Notes under the pieces: model-generated | The model's database searches: none | What the model saw: only the letters and a program-made list of their open reading frames with translations | What the model was told of the DNA's origin: nothing | Translations under genes and position numbers: made by a program | In this document: one piece after another, positions 19,178 to 29,586 of the stretch | How positions within the stretch are numbered: position 1 is the stretch's first letter | How the letters are laid out: each line of letters starts with the position of its first letter | Source of the DNA: an uncultured Pseudomonadota bacterium | GTDB taxonomy: Bacteria > Bdellovibrionota_B > Oligoflexia > Oligoflexales > CAIMVM01 | Direction of reading: 5' to 3' | NCBI GenBank assembly: GCA_903844895.1 | Contig: CAIMVM010000153.1 | Location: 1,226 to 65,225, forward strand | Length of the DNA: 64,000 nt

Positions 19178-20131
19178 GTGAAAAACGGAGTTCTATTCAT
19201 CTTTTTTAGCCTGAGTTTAAGCTGTTCACATATAACAACTTGGGACGAAAGAGCTATTTCTCTGAAGTACCTCAATTTGGATGACAAATTAGAGACTCTT
19301 GCACCTACTGGTGACGGTTGGGAGTTGGATATAGCATTTCGACATGCTCGCCTAGAACTGATCAATGAAGAGGTCAAGAGGGATCGACCAGACATTGTAA
19401 ATCTTTTGGGAGTTTCTATTAAAAGTGCTAGTCCAGCGCAATCGGATATCGCCGTTTTAAGTTCTGGAGACCTTGGTGAATATGAGTGGCTAGCTTCACA
19501 GACTTCAAAGGGAGCAGGTCAGTCCGAAAAAATTGTTGCGACTTCGGCAGCAGCTCTTCCAGTCGCTTTAGATCAAGCAAAAACGCTAAGTGTAAAGGAA
19601 CGTTGGTTGATAGGTGATGACGGGTTTGCAGTGGCTTCCTATATGACAAATTCTACTTCGCCTTTTGTAATATTGAATGTTCGCATGCCGTCGAGGATTG
19701 ACGTCTTAAAACGTGCCTATGAGCTTTTAGAACAAGTTTTGCTGAGTGCAAGTTCTTTATTTGAGGTCTGTATTGGTCGAATTGTGATTGTTGGATTTCT
19801 ACCTCAGGACTCCATCTTAAATGCAGACCAGAAATTTTTGAAAAGAGTTAGCTTTAAAGACTCAGCGACAGGTCTATGTGAGAGAACTAAAGATTGTTCG
19901 ACTTCCAATTCAGAAAATGAAATTGGCATGTCTCTATATGGAAATACTTTAGGCCAGAGAGATGAACGCATATTTTTTCATGCGACAACTGTTGTGACCT
20001 CTGCTCAGCCGGCATTTAATACAGGCTCCATTGCAGTTGCAAAGGAGTTTCCAGAATATGGTTTCGAAGCGGTTCACCCCTCAACACGTTATGGTTGGCA
20101 AACTAAATTTTATCTACCTAAATGTAATTAA
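19178..20131 (+). CDS. lipoprotein of unknown function (weak similarity to the endonuclease/exonuclease/phosphatase fold)
   Basis: GTG start and a lipobox (LSLSC). PDIVNLLGV resembles the EEP pDIv.LQEv motif, but the Glu is missing. Confidence 0.45.
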   Translation: MKNGVLFIFFSLSLSCSHITTWDERAISLKYLNLDDKLETLAPTGDGWELDIAFRHARLELINEEVKRDRPDIVNLLGVSIKSASPAQSDIAVLSSGDLGEYEWLASQTSKGAGQSEKIVATSAAALPVALDQAKTLSVKERWLIGDDGFAVASYMTNSTSPFVILNVRMPSRIDVLKRAYELLEQVLLSASSLFEVCIGRIVIVGFLPQDSILNADQKFLKRVSFKDSATGLCERTKDCSTSNSENEIGMSLYGNTLGQRDERIFFHATTVVTSAQPAFNTGSIAVAKEFPEYGFEAVHPSTRYGWQTKFYLPKCN

Positions 20132-20133
20132 CT

Positions 20134-20691
20134 TTATTTTCCAAGATGCCTTGAAATTGCGAATAATGCGGAGGTTCCTTGATAGTTTCGAGAGCCTACT
20201 CCGCGCCATCGAATGAATTTAAGCTCAATGGCAGTCGTTGCAGAAAAGTGATTTATGATTCCGAAAGACACTCCAACTCCCATCTCTGAAGTTCGATCTT
20301 TATCCCGAGAAAAAAAACGATCACTTATCACTGTCGGGTATAGCCATATCAATTCAAAACCTGGTGAGCTATAAAAATTTGACCACAAACGATGCTCATA
20401 GACAAAATTTTGCCCTAGGGTTAACACTGGCCTAGAGTCCAGGTCAGAGGCAGAAATTCTGGAATCCGCACCGAGGCCCGAACGCCAGCCATCGGAGGAA
20501 TGAAATTGCCAAAACACCGCCGGTGTAAATCGATCTTGGAAATCCTGTTTCGCGCCAAAGCTATGGGAAAAACCGAGGGAAAGGTGGTTTGCCCCTCGCC
20601 TTTCTCCCTTAAAGGAATCTTCGCCAAAAGACACCGTAGCAAAAAAACAGAAAAGCACCTGGACAGCCAAAAGAATGCGCGAGACCTGCAT
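20134..20691 (-). CDS. secreted hypothetical protein, possibly a small outer-membrane beta-barrel
   Basis: The start is set at ATG 20691 (MQVSRILLAVQVLFCFFATVSFG signal peptide). The sequence has an alternating aromatic/Gly-rich beta pattern. Confidence 0.4.
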   Translation of the reverse strand: MQVSRILLAVQVLFCFFATVSFGEDSFKGERRGANHLSLGFSHSFGAKQDFQDRFTPAVFWQFHSSDGWRSGLGADSRISASDLDSRPVLTLGQNFVYEHRLWSNFYSSPGFELIWLYPTVISDRFFSRDKDRTSEMGVGVSFGIINHFSATTAIELKFIRWRGVGSRNYQGTSALFAISRHLGK

Positions 20692-20858
20692 AAAATGCCT
20701 ACTGCTTATTAGTAATATGAACATTGATGATCTAAATACCGATATATTATCAGCTACTTTTGCCATAGCGTCAATTTCCAAAGTAGAGTGAACTCGAAGG
20801 ACTGCTAAGCTTCTGAGCACTATGATAAAATAGGAGGTGAAGTCCTTAAGGCGGATTA

Positions 20859-21650
20859 ATGGAAGAGAGTATAGTAAAAATAACTAGCGAGGAACGCATT
20901 GCGCGTATCTTGGAGAAAGTAATCCAAGCCAATATGCAGGTGTATTTGCGCTGGCCTAAAGATCCGGGTGTTGCTGTTAAAGGCAGGCTTGCACCAATAA
21001 CCGAACTCGACGCAAAATCTCTAGTAAAAGGTGTGGGGATCAGAATCTCTGAGATTTCAGAGAAAGGATCTCGCTACTTAGCTTCTAAAGAGCTTATCCA
21101 GGTTGAGTTTGTTTTAATGTCGACGAAAATCGTATTCGCCAGCAGAGTTATTTTTCGCGGGAAAGAATTTTTGATAGTTGCTTTCCCAACATGCCTCGTT
21201 TCCATTGAAAGAAGAAAAAATGCGCGTTTCAAGGCAACTAGCAGTCATGTAGGATTTATAAAGCTTGAGCACCACAATCCTAGTAAAGACGACTTTACGG
21301 CAATGCCTTACTTTTCATCGTTTCAAGGCTTGGCGGGAGCCCTGAAAGTAGAAGATGTTTCCTTAGGGGGGCTTTCAGTTAGCACCAACTTTCCGTCCGT
21401 TCTCCCCCACGCTACTAGAGGTACTATTGACGAAGGAGCCATATTAACGCTTCCTCTTCAAAAGCCAGTTCTCTGCCCTATAGAAGTAAGATGGATAAAG
21501 AAAATAACCGCCACTGAAAGCGATGGAGCCGAAAAGCTTGTGAAAACGCTTACGATCAAATTAGGGTTTCAGTTCACTTCTGTTTCACCTGAATTAGAAA
21601 ATGCCCTACGCATCTATATCATGCAAGTTTCACAAGCAGAAGCAATCTAG
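20859..21650 (+). CDS. PilZ domain protein
   Basis: It has RRKNARF (RxxxR) and EDVSLGGLSV (DxSxxG) motifs. Confidence 0.7.
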   Translation: MEESIVKITSEERIARILEKVIQANMQVYLRWPKDPGVAVKGRLAPITELDAKSLVKGVGIRISEISEKGSRYLASKELIQVEFVLMSTKIVFASRVIFRGKEFLIVAFPTCLVSIERRKNARFKATSSHVGFIKLEHHNPSKDDFTAMPYFSSFQGLAGALKVEDVSLGGLSVSTNFPSVLPHATRGTIDEGAILTLPLQKPVLCPIEVRWIKKITATESDGAEKLVKTLTIKLGFQFTSVSPELENALRIYIMQVSQAEAI

Positions 21651-21658
21651 GAGGACGT

Positions 21659-22546
21659 ATGAAAAAAATTGGAATGATTTTCCTGTTTGTGGGGTGCTCT
21701 CATATTCCATTCTTTTCTGAAGACGAAAAAACGTCTACCGACGCTACAAAAGCAGAATCCATTGCTAGTAAAGTCCCTGAAAAAATGGAAAGCACCGCTG
21801 TAGCTGAAACTAACAAAATACCCCAGGGAGATACGCCACCTGAAAAAGGTCTGCTCGGAAGCTTTGCCGCAAGTTTCGGTGGCGGGGGCGATGATACCAG
21901 TAAGGAACAAAGTAGTCTTCAGCAAGCTCGAATTCTAGCACGAGTCAATCAACTAGAAAACACTCTTAACTTACAGACTCAGAAAATAAGAGTGTTAGAG
22001 AAGGCCATAACTCTTGGGATCATCCCTGAAGAATTGAAAAAAGGTCAGGCAAGTTCGCACTCCTTAGATGCAGACTATGGTGGGGATAGTTTTCTTGCGG
22101 ATCTGTCCTCAGGTGAGGATTCAAGACACAGCTCAAATTCACAGGGAAGCGCTGCTAAGAAAGCAGCCTTTAAAAAAGAACTTGCGGAGGCTGTTGCCGT
22201 TTTTGGTAAAGGTGAATTTGGTAAAGCCTTTATCCTATTTCAAAAAGTCGATCAATCTTATGGGGAAGAAGATAAGCAAGGAGAAACGCTATTCTGGATG
22301 GGGCGTTCATGGTATGCATTAAAAGAATATCAGACTGCACGCCAATACTTTCAAGATATGATTCGAGCGAGTCCTACATCTTCCAAAGTCAGCCAAGCAA
22401 AACTTTATATGGCACAAGGAGATTTGAAGCTTGGGATGACAGAGTCAGCCATTGAGGGGTTTCGTGACATCATCCGCGACCATCAAGATTCCCCTTCGTC
22501 CCAGGAAGCCAGAAAACTACTCGCTGATCTAAAGGATACATTATGA
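21659..22546 (+). CDS. coiled-coil/TPR protein, YbgF(CpoB)-like
   Basis: It has a signal/lipobox (FVGCS), a central coiled coil and C-terminal TPR-like repeats. Confidence 0.55.
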   Translation: MKKIGMIFLFVGCSHIPFFSEDEKTSTDATKAESIASKVPEKMESTAVAETNKIPQGDTPPEKGLLGSFAASFGGGGDDTSKEQSSLQQARILARVNQLENTLNLQTQKIRVLEKAITLGIIPEELKKGQASSHSLDADYGGDSFLADLSSGEDSRHSSNSQGSAAKKAAFKKELAEAVAVFGKGEFGKAFILFQKVDQSYGEEDKQGETLFWMGRSWYALKEYQTARQYFQDMIRASPTSSKVSQAKLYMAQGDLKLGMTESAIEGFRDIIRDHQDSPSSQEARKLLADLKDTL

Positions 22547-24225
22547 AAGTATTCGATTTTATGGGCCGAATATTCTTTCTTGTCTTGTTGGCTTTTAGTA
22601 CTAAAGTTTGGGCTCAGGACCAACAAGGGTCACCAAATGATGAAAACTCATTATCTCAGGAGAATGCTAGCCTAAATCAAGCCAATGGGTCTCAGGCTGA
22701 AAATAGTACAAATTCTACATCACAAGGCAATGTGGACTCTATAGACAATCAAAATATTAATGCCAATTCCAGTGCACTAGAAAACGGTGCTGAGTTGAAC
22801 GCACTGCCGCCTGTGGACAACAAAGCAGAAAACCTAGGCTTCGGCGAAAATCCCATGGTGATTGAAGACTCTGAATTGCCCTCAAGCAGCACCAAGCTCA
22901 GCGAGTTGCCTGAAGCTAATGCTACCGGTACCAACTCGATGAAAGGTCCGGCAAATCCAGGCAATGTCTCAGACCAAGCAGCGGTGCAGAACCCAGCTGC
23001 AAATCAAATGCCGGCCCCCCAAACAACTGATGTAGGCTCTCAAGCGCCTAATGCCGTGCCCTCTCCAGACTCTTCTATGGGTTCACTTGAGCCCTTGGTT
23101 ACCAATGAGTTTACGGGCGCACCCCCATTTCCAGGAAACATTAAAGCACTTAGCGAAGGAGAGGTGCCGGATTTCTATAAAGTAGAGCCAGGAGATACGC
23201 TAACAGATGTTTGCGATCAACTCTTAGATGAGTCGGGCTATTGGCCAAAGCTTTGGTCATTCAACTCCGAGATTAAAAATCCTCACTATATTTGGCCAGG
23301 AATGAATTTAAAATTCTATTCTGGAGATGAGGCAAACCCACCCTATTTACAAATTAGCAACGCAGACTCCATGGTGCCTACTAACAGTGCCGGCTTAAGC
23401 ATGGCCTCCTTGGTGGATTCCCCTTTTCAGATTGCTCCGCTCCCGCAAAAGAAGGTCGAGCAAGGATTTGAAATCGATCCGGACTCAGTCATTGATGTTT
23501 TAGATGTAACTACAGACAGTTCAGATATCGATTACTTTGGATCACCTTTTGTTCCCACAGAAATGCAAGTAAATATACCTGCATTTATTTTTGAAGACAC
23601 CCAGTCTGCATTAGGCACGGTATATACGGGTGTCGATGCAAATATCAATGCAGGCGTCGGAAATCAAGTGATTGTCGAGGATGAGGACGGTTTGAGTCCT
23701 GGTACGATCTATTCTGTGATCCGCTATTCAGGTAAGGTTTCGACATTTAGTGGGAGTGGGTCTGTAGGGTATAGATATGAGTACGCTGGAAAAATTTCTA
23801 TGCAAAATAAAATGAATGATGATGACTACTATTTGGCAACAGTCATTGAGTCGGATCGGGGGATTCAACCAGGCGATATTATTGTTCCCTATATTGCCAA
23901 TCGACGTTCGGTGCCTATTTCAGATCAGTTTGTAAGAGGCAGCGATGCTAGTGGCGAAGTCGTTGGATTTGACTTTGAAGAGAGCCAAATTGGCGCTGCA
24001 GGGAACTTTGTATTTATTGCTGGAATCCAGTCTTCTCCAGGATCCTTAGTTAATTTATATCGAAATACTTTTGGATTTGCTTCAACTGGCGAGCATTCTA
24101 ATCTCGTTAATTTGCAGCATGCAGCAACAGCCAAAATTCTCGATGTAAAAGCCGACATCGCGACGGCCTATATTGTGTCGTCAAAAGATGCTATCGCATT
24201 GGGAGATCGCACCTCTTCACGCTAA
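22543..24225 (+). CDS. LysM domain-containing secreted protein
   Basis: It has a signal peptide, an Asn/Ser/Pro-rich region and a LysM motif (YKVEPGDTLTDVCDQLL...IWPGMNLKF). Confidence 0.65.
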   Translation: MKVFDFMGRIFFLVLLAFSTKVWAQDQQGSPNDENSLSQENASLNQANGSQAENSTNSTSQGNVDSIDNQNINANSSALENGAELNALPPVDNKAENLGFGENPMVIEDSELPSSSTKLSELPEANATGTNSMKGPANPGNVSDQAAVQNPAANQMPAPQTTDVGSQAPNAVPSPDSSMGSLEPLVTNEFTGAPPFPGNIKALSEGEVPDFYKVEPGDTLTDVCDQLLDESGYWPKLWSFNSEIKNPHYIWPGMNLKFYSGDEANPPYLQISNADSMVPTNSAGLSMASLVDSPFQIAPLPQKKVEQGFEIDPDSVIDVLDVTTDSSDIDYFGSPFVPTEMQVNIPAFIFEDTQSALGTVYTGVDANINAGVGNQVIVEDEDGLSPGTIYSVIRYSGKVSTFSGSGSVGYRYEYAGKISMQNKMNDDDYYLATVIESDRGIQPGDIIVPYIANRRSVPISDQFVRGSDASGEVVGFDFEESQIGAAGNFVFIAGIQSSPGSLVNLYRNTFGFASTGEHSNLVNLQHAATAKILDVKADIATAYIVSSKDAIALGDRTSSR

Positions 24226-24296
24226 TTTATTTTAGCGCTTTAACAAAAATTTTCTAGAAGATATCTCAGTAGAGCTTTCTGTTTAAAAGGAGCTCT

Positions 24297-25139
24297 ATGA
24301 AAGATATCCATTTTTACTTGCTACACGGCGTTTCCCAGATAGTCGGACGATATGTCCCCAAATCTCTTGTCGATTTGGGATCAATTTGCGATTCCCAATA
24401 CGAGTTTGTGTCCGCACTGACTAGAAAAATGCACTTATCTAAAACTGTGGACGCAAATTTCGTAATGGACCAGGTCTTTCGAAACCTACAATTCCATCGC
24501 GACCTTGGCTACGAAGTCTTGACACCTTTGTCCTCGAATTGGCCCGAGAATCTTCGACATATTCCTGACCCGCCCCATATGCTATTTACAAGGGGCGTGT
24601 TTGCTATTCGACCTAGAATCGCAATTATAGGTTCGCGTTGTGCCACGAAAGACGCCAAAACGGAAGCTTCTGATCTTGGTCTCGGATTTGCCAAAGAAGG
24701 ATTTGAGATTCTTTGCGGAGGAGCCTTCGGTTGCGACATAGCTTCTAAGCTTAAGGTTATTCAGAGTCCCTATTCCCATTTGGGAACTGTCGTTTTGCCA
24801 GGGGGTCTGTTAAGGCCCTACCCCTTGGCACACTTGCGTTATTTTGATTCTCTCGCAGATAGTGGTGGTCTCATTGTGTCAGAAAAGTTTATCGACCACG
24901 TCCCATCTCCCGGCGATTTTATAGCACGAAATAGAATTATTGCTGCTTTGGCAGATGTGGTCATTTTGATTCAAGGAGATGAACGTTCTGGAAGCAGCAC
25001 CACCATAAAATTTGCTTTAGGATACGGCAAGGAAATCTATGTTTCCGCCGTTGCAGAGAGCGACTCTCCCCTCAGCAAAAGGTTGCTAGCTGAAGGCGCG
25101 CGCTCGATACATAGCCTACAGTTGGATTTTCTACACTAG
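24297..25139 (+). CDS. dprA: DprA-like DNA processing protein (short form)
   Basis: The Rossmann-like core IAIIGSRCATKDA...GGAFGCD...RNRIIAAL is typical of DprA/Smf. Confidence 0.65.
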   Translation: MKDIHFYLLHGVSQIVGRYVPKSLVDLGSICDSQYEFVSALTRKMHLSKTVDANFVMDQVFRNLQFHRDLGYEVLTPLSSNWPENLRHIPDPPHMLFTRGVFAIRPRIAIIGSRCATKDAKTEASDLGLGFAKEGFEILCGGAFGCDIASKLKVIQSPYSHLGTVVLPGGLLRPYPLAHLRYFDSLADSGGLIVSEKFIDHVPSPGDFIARNRIIAALADVVILIQGDERSGSSTTIKFALGYGKEIYVSAVAESDSPLSKRLLAEGARSIHSLQLDFLH

Positions 25140-25192
25140 TAGCGTACCACTTTAAGCCGCTAGGGCTATTTCCTTCCAATAAGAAAGTACAA

Positions 25193-25990
25193 ATGGCAAA
25201 ACTAAAATTATCTGACTATTTTGTTAAGACACATCAGGACTATCACTTTGATGAACTTTTTCTTAAGCCGGGAAATACGCTCCTACGTCTTAAAAAAAAC
25301 TTTCTTACGTTGAGTAATTCGTTCCTTGAAGAACAACTTAAGACTCTCATTCAGGAGCTTGTGATTTCAAATTCTGAAAGACTAGACCCCTTGCAGCCTT
25401 TTGCGTCGGGTGAGATTTCTGATTTAAAATGCCGATTTGTAGCTATGATTCCACCGGTCACAAACTGCGCAGAGATAATCCTTAGAAAAAATGTAAATCA
25501 TCAAGACTCTGACTTTGCGGGTTATCAGGAGCTACAAAAAGTTCTTTCAGGTATATTTGAACGAGAAGATCATCTGATTATTTGCGGCGTATCAGGTGCG
25601 GGCAAAACCACGCTATTAAAAAAAATCATGAATGATTTCCTGGCTAGTGAGAGAATTGTAATATTAGATAGTTTTATGGAGTGGGGTCAGTTGCCTGCAC
25701 GCTGGACTTTGCTGCAGGAGTCCCGGGGCTTTTTCGATGGCCGAGGGGTTATCTCCATGTTGGATCTTTTTTCATTTTCTTTAAGGCTCAGCGCAGAGAG
25801 ATTCGTTTTGGGTGAGATTAAATATAAAGAGATGGAAGTTTTTCATCTGCTGAGAAATGTTGGCCATGGATCCGTTCTGACTACCATGCATGGTTCAAAT
25901 TTAAGAGATCTTCAGGCGAGATTGGGCTCGCTCGAACGGACGAAGTGTCTTCTAATAGAAGCAAATTACACGTGTCGCCTTCTGGAATAA
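25193..25990 (+). CDS. minimal type II/IV secretion-family ATPase (VirB11/PilT-like core)
   Basis: It has a Walker A (GVSGAGKTT) and a GEIKYKE...TTMHGSN pattern equivalent to the GEiR..E...TiHa family boxes. Confidence 0.55.
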   Translation: MAKLKLSDYFVKTHQDYHFDELFLKPGNTLLRLKKNFLTLSNSFLEEQLKTLIQELVISNSERLDPLQPFASGEISDLKCRFVAMIPPVTNCAEIILRKNVNHQDSDFAGYQELQKVLSGIFEREDHLIICGVSGAGKTTLLKKIMNDFLASERIVILDSFMEWGQLPARWTLLQESRGFFDGRGVISMLDLFSFSLRLSAERFVLGEIKYKEMEVFHLLRNVGHGSVLTTMHGSNLRDLQARLGSLERTKCLLIEANYTCRLLE

Positions 25991-26050
25991 GAGAAAACTG
26001 GTTTTCGAATCATTAAGAGGACTAGAGACTCATCTTAGTGAGTCGCCAAT

Positions 26051-26108
26051 GGCCTTTTATATCGCTTTTTATGGCGCTTTTTACGGCGCTTTTTATAGCG
26101 CTTTTAAA
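26051..26108. repeat. five tandem copies of a 12-bp unit (consensus CGCTTTTTATGG)
   Basis: The units read ggccttttatat, cgctttttatgg, cgctttttacgg, cgctttttatag, cgcttttaaaag. The array lies between two convergent genes. Confidence 0.75.
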
Positions 26109-26203
26109 AGGAGACTTTATAACCGCCATGGATGGACTCCACAGCGGAGTTTGGTCGTCGTAGCCTTAAGATTCTGCCTAGTTTAAAACAAAATCTCAAT
26201 CTG

Positions 26204-28036
26204 TCATTTAGAGCCAAATAACGATTTAAGCACCGTTTTAAGTACGGTCAAGACACTCTTCTTTTGTAGGGACTGTCCAGATAAAGTGGATGTTTCTCTA
26301 TGAAACGGTTGATTTTGATTGGGCTGATGGGTCTTTTGATAGGGTCTTGAGCCACGCCCGGTGGATTCGGAATATTCCTGCCGCTGCCGACTTTCAAAAC
26401 GATGGTCTCGCTGATGAGGCGTTGAGTTTCCAGGGCCTCGATGCTTAGCTTTTGATGGGTCATGGGGACGCCCAGAAGTTGTGTTTTTTCCATGAGGCGC
26501 GTCTTTATGGGGGGGCCTGCTCTTCGGGGTATGTTTAGAATCAAAATTTCTGTCTTTGGAAAACTTACCGTCTGATCTTTGGCTGCGATCATTTCGATCA
26601 CGCGTATCGCGACCAGGTCCTCTTGGGCCTTTTCCATCCCTCGGTCCTTTTCCAAAGGACTTTCTTTCGGTGACCTTAAAGCCTCGTACTTTGCCATCTT
26701 GAAATGGGTTTCCTGAGACATCGACGATATCTAAGTACTCTTTAGGAAACCAGGTACAAGCAGGAATGGAGATTCCCACTAATGTTTTAACGGCATCCAA
26801 ATTTTCAGCATACTCTTCGCAAACTAAACTGTAGGCTTGGCCTTTTGCGCCTGCGCGAGCTGTCCTTCCGATCCGGTGGACATAATTAGCCGGCTCTGCG
26901 GGCAAATCAAAATTATAGACATGCGTCACATCAGAAATATGAAGTCCACGGCTAGCAACATCAGTTCCTATTAGGATTTTTACCTGACCGGCCTTGATTT
27001 TTTTAATCAAGCTAATGCGTTTAGGTTGAGCAATGTCTCCGGTAATGGATTCTGCCTCAAGCCCATTTCCAGTGAGTTTGTGCTTGAGCCACTCTGCTGT
27101 TAGTTTCGTATTGACAAAAATTACGGAACGCCCGGGCTTATGCTCCCTGAGCAAGCCGATCAAAACACGCAATTTTTCTGGTGTGTCACATAAGATCAGA
27201 TGCTGTTCTATGGATTCCGGAGTGATAACTTCCGGGTTTACGGAAATATACTCTGGCTTGTTTAGATATTCAAACGCAAGCTCTTTAACCTTATCATTTG
27301 TAGTAGCAGAAAAAAGAAGCTTCTGGCAGTTTTCAGGCAAGCGCTCTAAGAAAAACTCGACATCTTCAATGAATCCCATGTCGAACATGCGATCTACTTC
27401 GTCACAAACGAACATGCTTGTATCTTTTATGGAGACTATTTTCTTCTGTATATAATCTTTCAGGCGTCCTGGAGTCGCCACAACTATATCAGTTCCTGCT
27501 TTTAGAGCCTGCGCTTGTTTGTCGTAATCCATACCGCCAAAAACGGCCAAAGATTTTAAATCCAATTTAACTGCGAGTTTCTCTACTTCTTCGTGAATTT
27601 GTACGGCGAGTTCTCGTGTAGGGGCTAAAACTACAGCTAAAGGTGAATTTGGTGTGTCTGACGTGGCCGCCCTGCGCTTCAATATGGCCTGTGCAACTGT
27701 GATCAAAAAAACGCCAGTTTTGCCAGTGCCCGTTTGTGCAAAGCCAGCTACATCGCGACCCGCAAGAGTGTGCGGCAGACAAAGCCCCTGTACCGGGGTG
27801 GGTTTCGTCCAGCCAAGCTCCGTGATGGCTTCTCTTAAGGTATCCTTTAGGTCCAAATCCGAAAATTCTTGGGCAGGCTTTAGATAAGTTGTCCTGGTGG
27901 CGCTGGACTCATCGCGATCGTCTTGAATCGCTTCAATCAAATCTATTTCAAGAAGGGATTCTTCTTCGGGCTGAATCTCGGTGGTCACTTCTGTATCTTC
28001 ACCCACTAGGGAGTCTGCTTTGGAATCAATCGACAT
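26204..28036 (-). CDS. DEAD-box ATP-dependent RNA helicase with an acidic N-terminal and a long basic C-terminal tail
   Basis: It has AQTGTGKT, DEVD (in the DEAD position), SAT and HRIGRTARAG motifs. The C-terminal ~170 aa are rich in R, K, P, H and Q. Confidence 0.9.
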   Translation of the reverse strand: MSIDSKADSLVGEDTEVTTEIQPEEESLLEIDLIEAIQDDRDESSATRTTYLKPAQEFSDLDLKDTLREAITELGWTKPTPVQGLCLPHTLAGRDVAGFAQTGTGKTGVFLITVAQAILKRRAATSDTPNSPLAVVLAPTRELAVQIHEEVEKLAVKLDLKSLAVFGGMDYDKQAQALKAGTDIVVATPGRLKDYIQKKIVSIKDTSMFVCDEVDRMFDMGFIEDVEFFLERLPENCQKLLFSATTNDKVKELAFEYLNKPEYISVNPEVITPESIEQHLILCDTPEKLRVLIGLLREHKPGRSVIFVNTKLTAEWLKHKLTGNGLEAESITGDIAQPKRISLIKKIKAGQVKILIGTDVASRGLHISDVTHVYNFDLPAEPANYVHRIGRTARAGAKGQAYSLVCEEYAENLDAVKTLVGISIPACTWFPKEYLDIVDVSGNPFQDGKVRGFKVTERKSFGKGPRDGKGPRGPGRDTRDRNDRSQRSDGKFSKDRNFDSKHTPKSRPPHKDAPHGKNTTSGRPHDPSKAKHRGPGNSTPHQRDHRFESRQRQEYSESTGRGSRPYQKTHQPNQNQPFHRETSTLSGQSLQKKSVLTVLKTVLKSLFGSK

Positions 28037-28150
28037 TTATAAGCCTCGGTAATTATTGGTTAGTTTGATAGGCATTAAGTTCCTACGAAACTAGATTCTT
28101 TATTGTCGCTGTTTCTTCCGATGAATCATAGGTAGCAACAGGGGGAGTCT

Positions 28151-28651
28151 ATGGACGGTCAAGAAGACACCAATTCCGAAGTAGAAAGCAACGACAACGG
28201 TCTAAACGTAACCGGCGAAGCTGAATCATTTTCCACTCAAAATGATGACTCTCCAGTAGAGTTGCCCTCGGTTCCGGAGCATACATCAGTTTCAACGGGT
28301 AACCAAGAAAAAGTATCCCAAGATAGAAAGCTTGTACCTTGGGTGGACTACATCCCGCGCCCGGAATTAAAACGTCCTTCTTCAAGAGAAGAGGCCGTTC
28401 GCATGCGCTTTGAAATTATGAACGGCTCTTTGATAGAGTCAGAGTATATGATTTTGTCGACGATTTCCAAATCAAATGTTATAAGAAGCCCCCGTTATTA
28501 TTGGGAATTTCAGAAAGATGCCAATGAGATGTTTAGGCGTGTCGCTATGCTTAGACAGAGAAAAATCAATGGAAACGTTGTAGACCTCCCCAAAAGAGTG
28601 CTAGAAGGCCGAGAACTGCCACTGGAAAAGCCTAAAAAGAAAACGGGCTAA
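28151..28651 (+). CDS. hypothetical protein (acidic N-terminus)
   Basis: 166-aa ORF in an otherwise empty gap. I recognise no family. Confidence 0.45.
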   Translation: MDGQEDTNSEVESNDNGLNVTGEAESFSTQNDDSPVELPSVPEHTSVSTGNQEKVSQDRKLVPWVDYIPRPELKRPSSREEAVRMRFEIMNGSLIESEYMILSTISKSNVIRSPRYYWEFQKDANEMFRRVAMLRQRKINGNVVDLPKRVLEGRELPLEKPKKKTG

Positions 28652-28710
28652 GCCTTGCGAAAGCTTGATGGGACGTGGTTAAATGATCCATGGATTAATT
28701 TGAGGTGATC

Positions 28711-29586
28711 ATGAAGCCAATGTACGTTTTGATTTTAGCTGGATTTTTTACGGGATGCCTGACTTTAAATGAACAGCATCAAATGCGCGCAGATATCATT
28801 CGATTGAATACTCAATACAGCCAGTTGGAACAAAGTATGTCTCAGGAAAAAACTTCAGGGTCAGGCGTAAAAGCTATGGCATCCACTGGCGCCAATATAG
28901 ACCGGCTTTCCCAACAACAAAGTAAGATGGCGGGAGATATTGACCTTCTGCGTAGGGCGCTAGAAAAGGGCGATGTCCCAGGCATAGATACAGGAAAAGA
29001 CTCTCTCCTCGGACGCTTGAATTCTTTAGAATCTCGAATGACCGCGCTGGAGCTATCCCAAAAAGAAATGATCGAGTTACTTGAAAAGTCTAAAGGTGTT
29101 TCCGGTGGGGGGCAGTCTGAGTCTAACAATTCGCAAGCAAAGCCCGCTAAGGAGCAAGATTCAAGGTTGATCGTCGACCCGAAAGAGTCAGGGTCAAAAG
29201 CAATTAAAGAAGCGAGAGTTCTCTTTAACAAAAACAAGTGGAAACAAATTATTGATGTTGCTCCCCAATGGCTGCCAAAATTTGATAAGAAAATTGAAAA
29301 AGAAGAGTTTTTTTCCATCTACGCGGAAAGCCTTTTTAAAAACGGCGAAATCAAAGAAGCTGCGATTAAATATAATGAGTTTCTAGAATTGAAGCCTTCA
29401 AAAAAATTCTTGCCATTAGCCAAAATGCGCATGGGCGACTGCTATAGACACTTGGGCGACAATGATACCGCTCTTATCTACTATAACGAAGTGATTAAAG
29501 ATTTCCCCAAAACCGATCAGGGTGTCAAATCCAAAGAGCGGGTGGCTCAGCTTGGAAAAAAAGAGAAACATTCTGAGGATCGATAA
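28711..29586 (+). CDS. Tol-Pal-associated YbgF(CpoB)-like lipoprotein (coiled coil plus TPR)
   Basis: ATG 28711 follows a GAGGTG RBS. The protein has a lipobox (FTGC), an N-terminal coiled coil and C-terminal TPR repeats. Confidence 0.6.
   Translation: MKPMYVLILAGFFTGCLTLNEQHQMRADIIRLNTQYSQLEQSMSQEKTSGSGVKAMASTGANIDRLSQQQSKMAGDIDLLRRALEKGDVPGIDTGKDSLLGRLNSLESRMTALELSQKEMIELLEKSKGVSGGGQSESNNSQAKPAKEQDSRLIVDPKESGSKAIKEARVLFNKNKWKQIIDVAPQWLPKFDKKIEKEEFFSIYAESLFKNGEIKEAAIKYNEFLELKPSKKFLPLAKMRMGDCYRHLGDNDTALIYYNEVIKDFPKTDQGVKSKERVAQLGKKEKHSEDR

Noticed and set aside
26051-26108. A possible CRISPR-like or other spaced repeat array.
   Set aside because: The units are 12 bp, directly abutting and without spacers. 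No cas genes are present. It is a simple tandem repeat.
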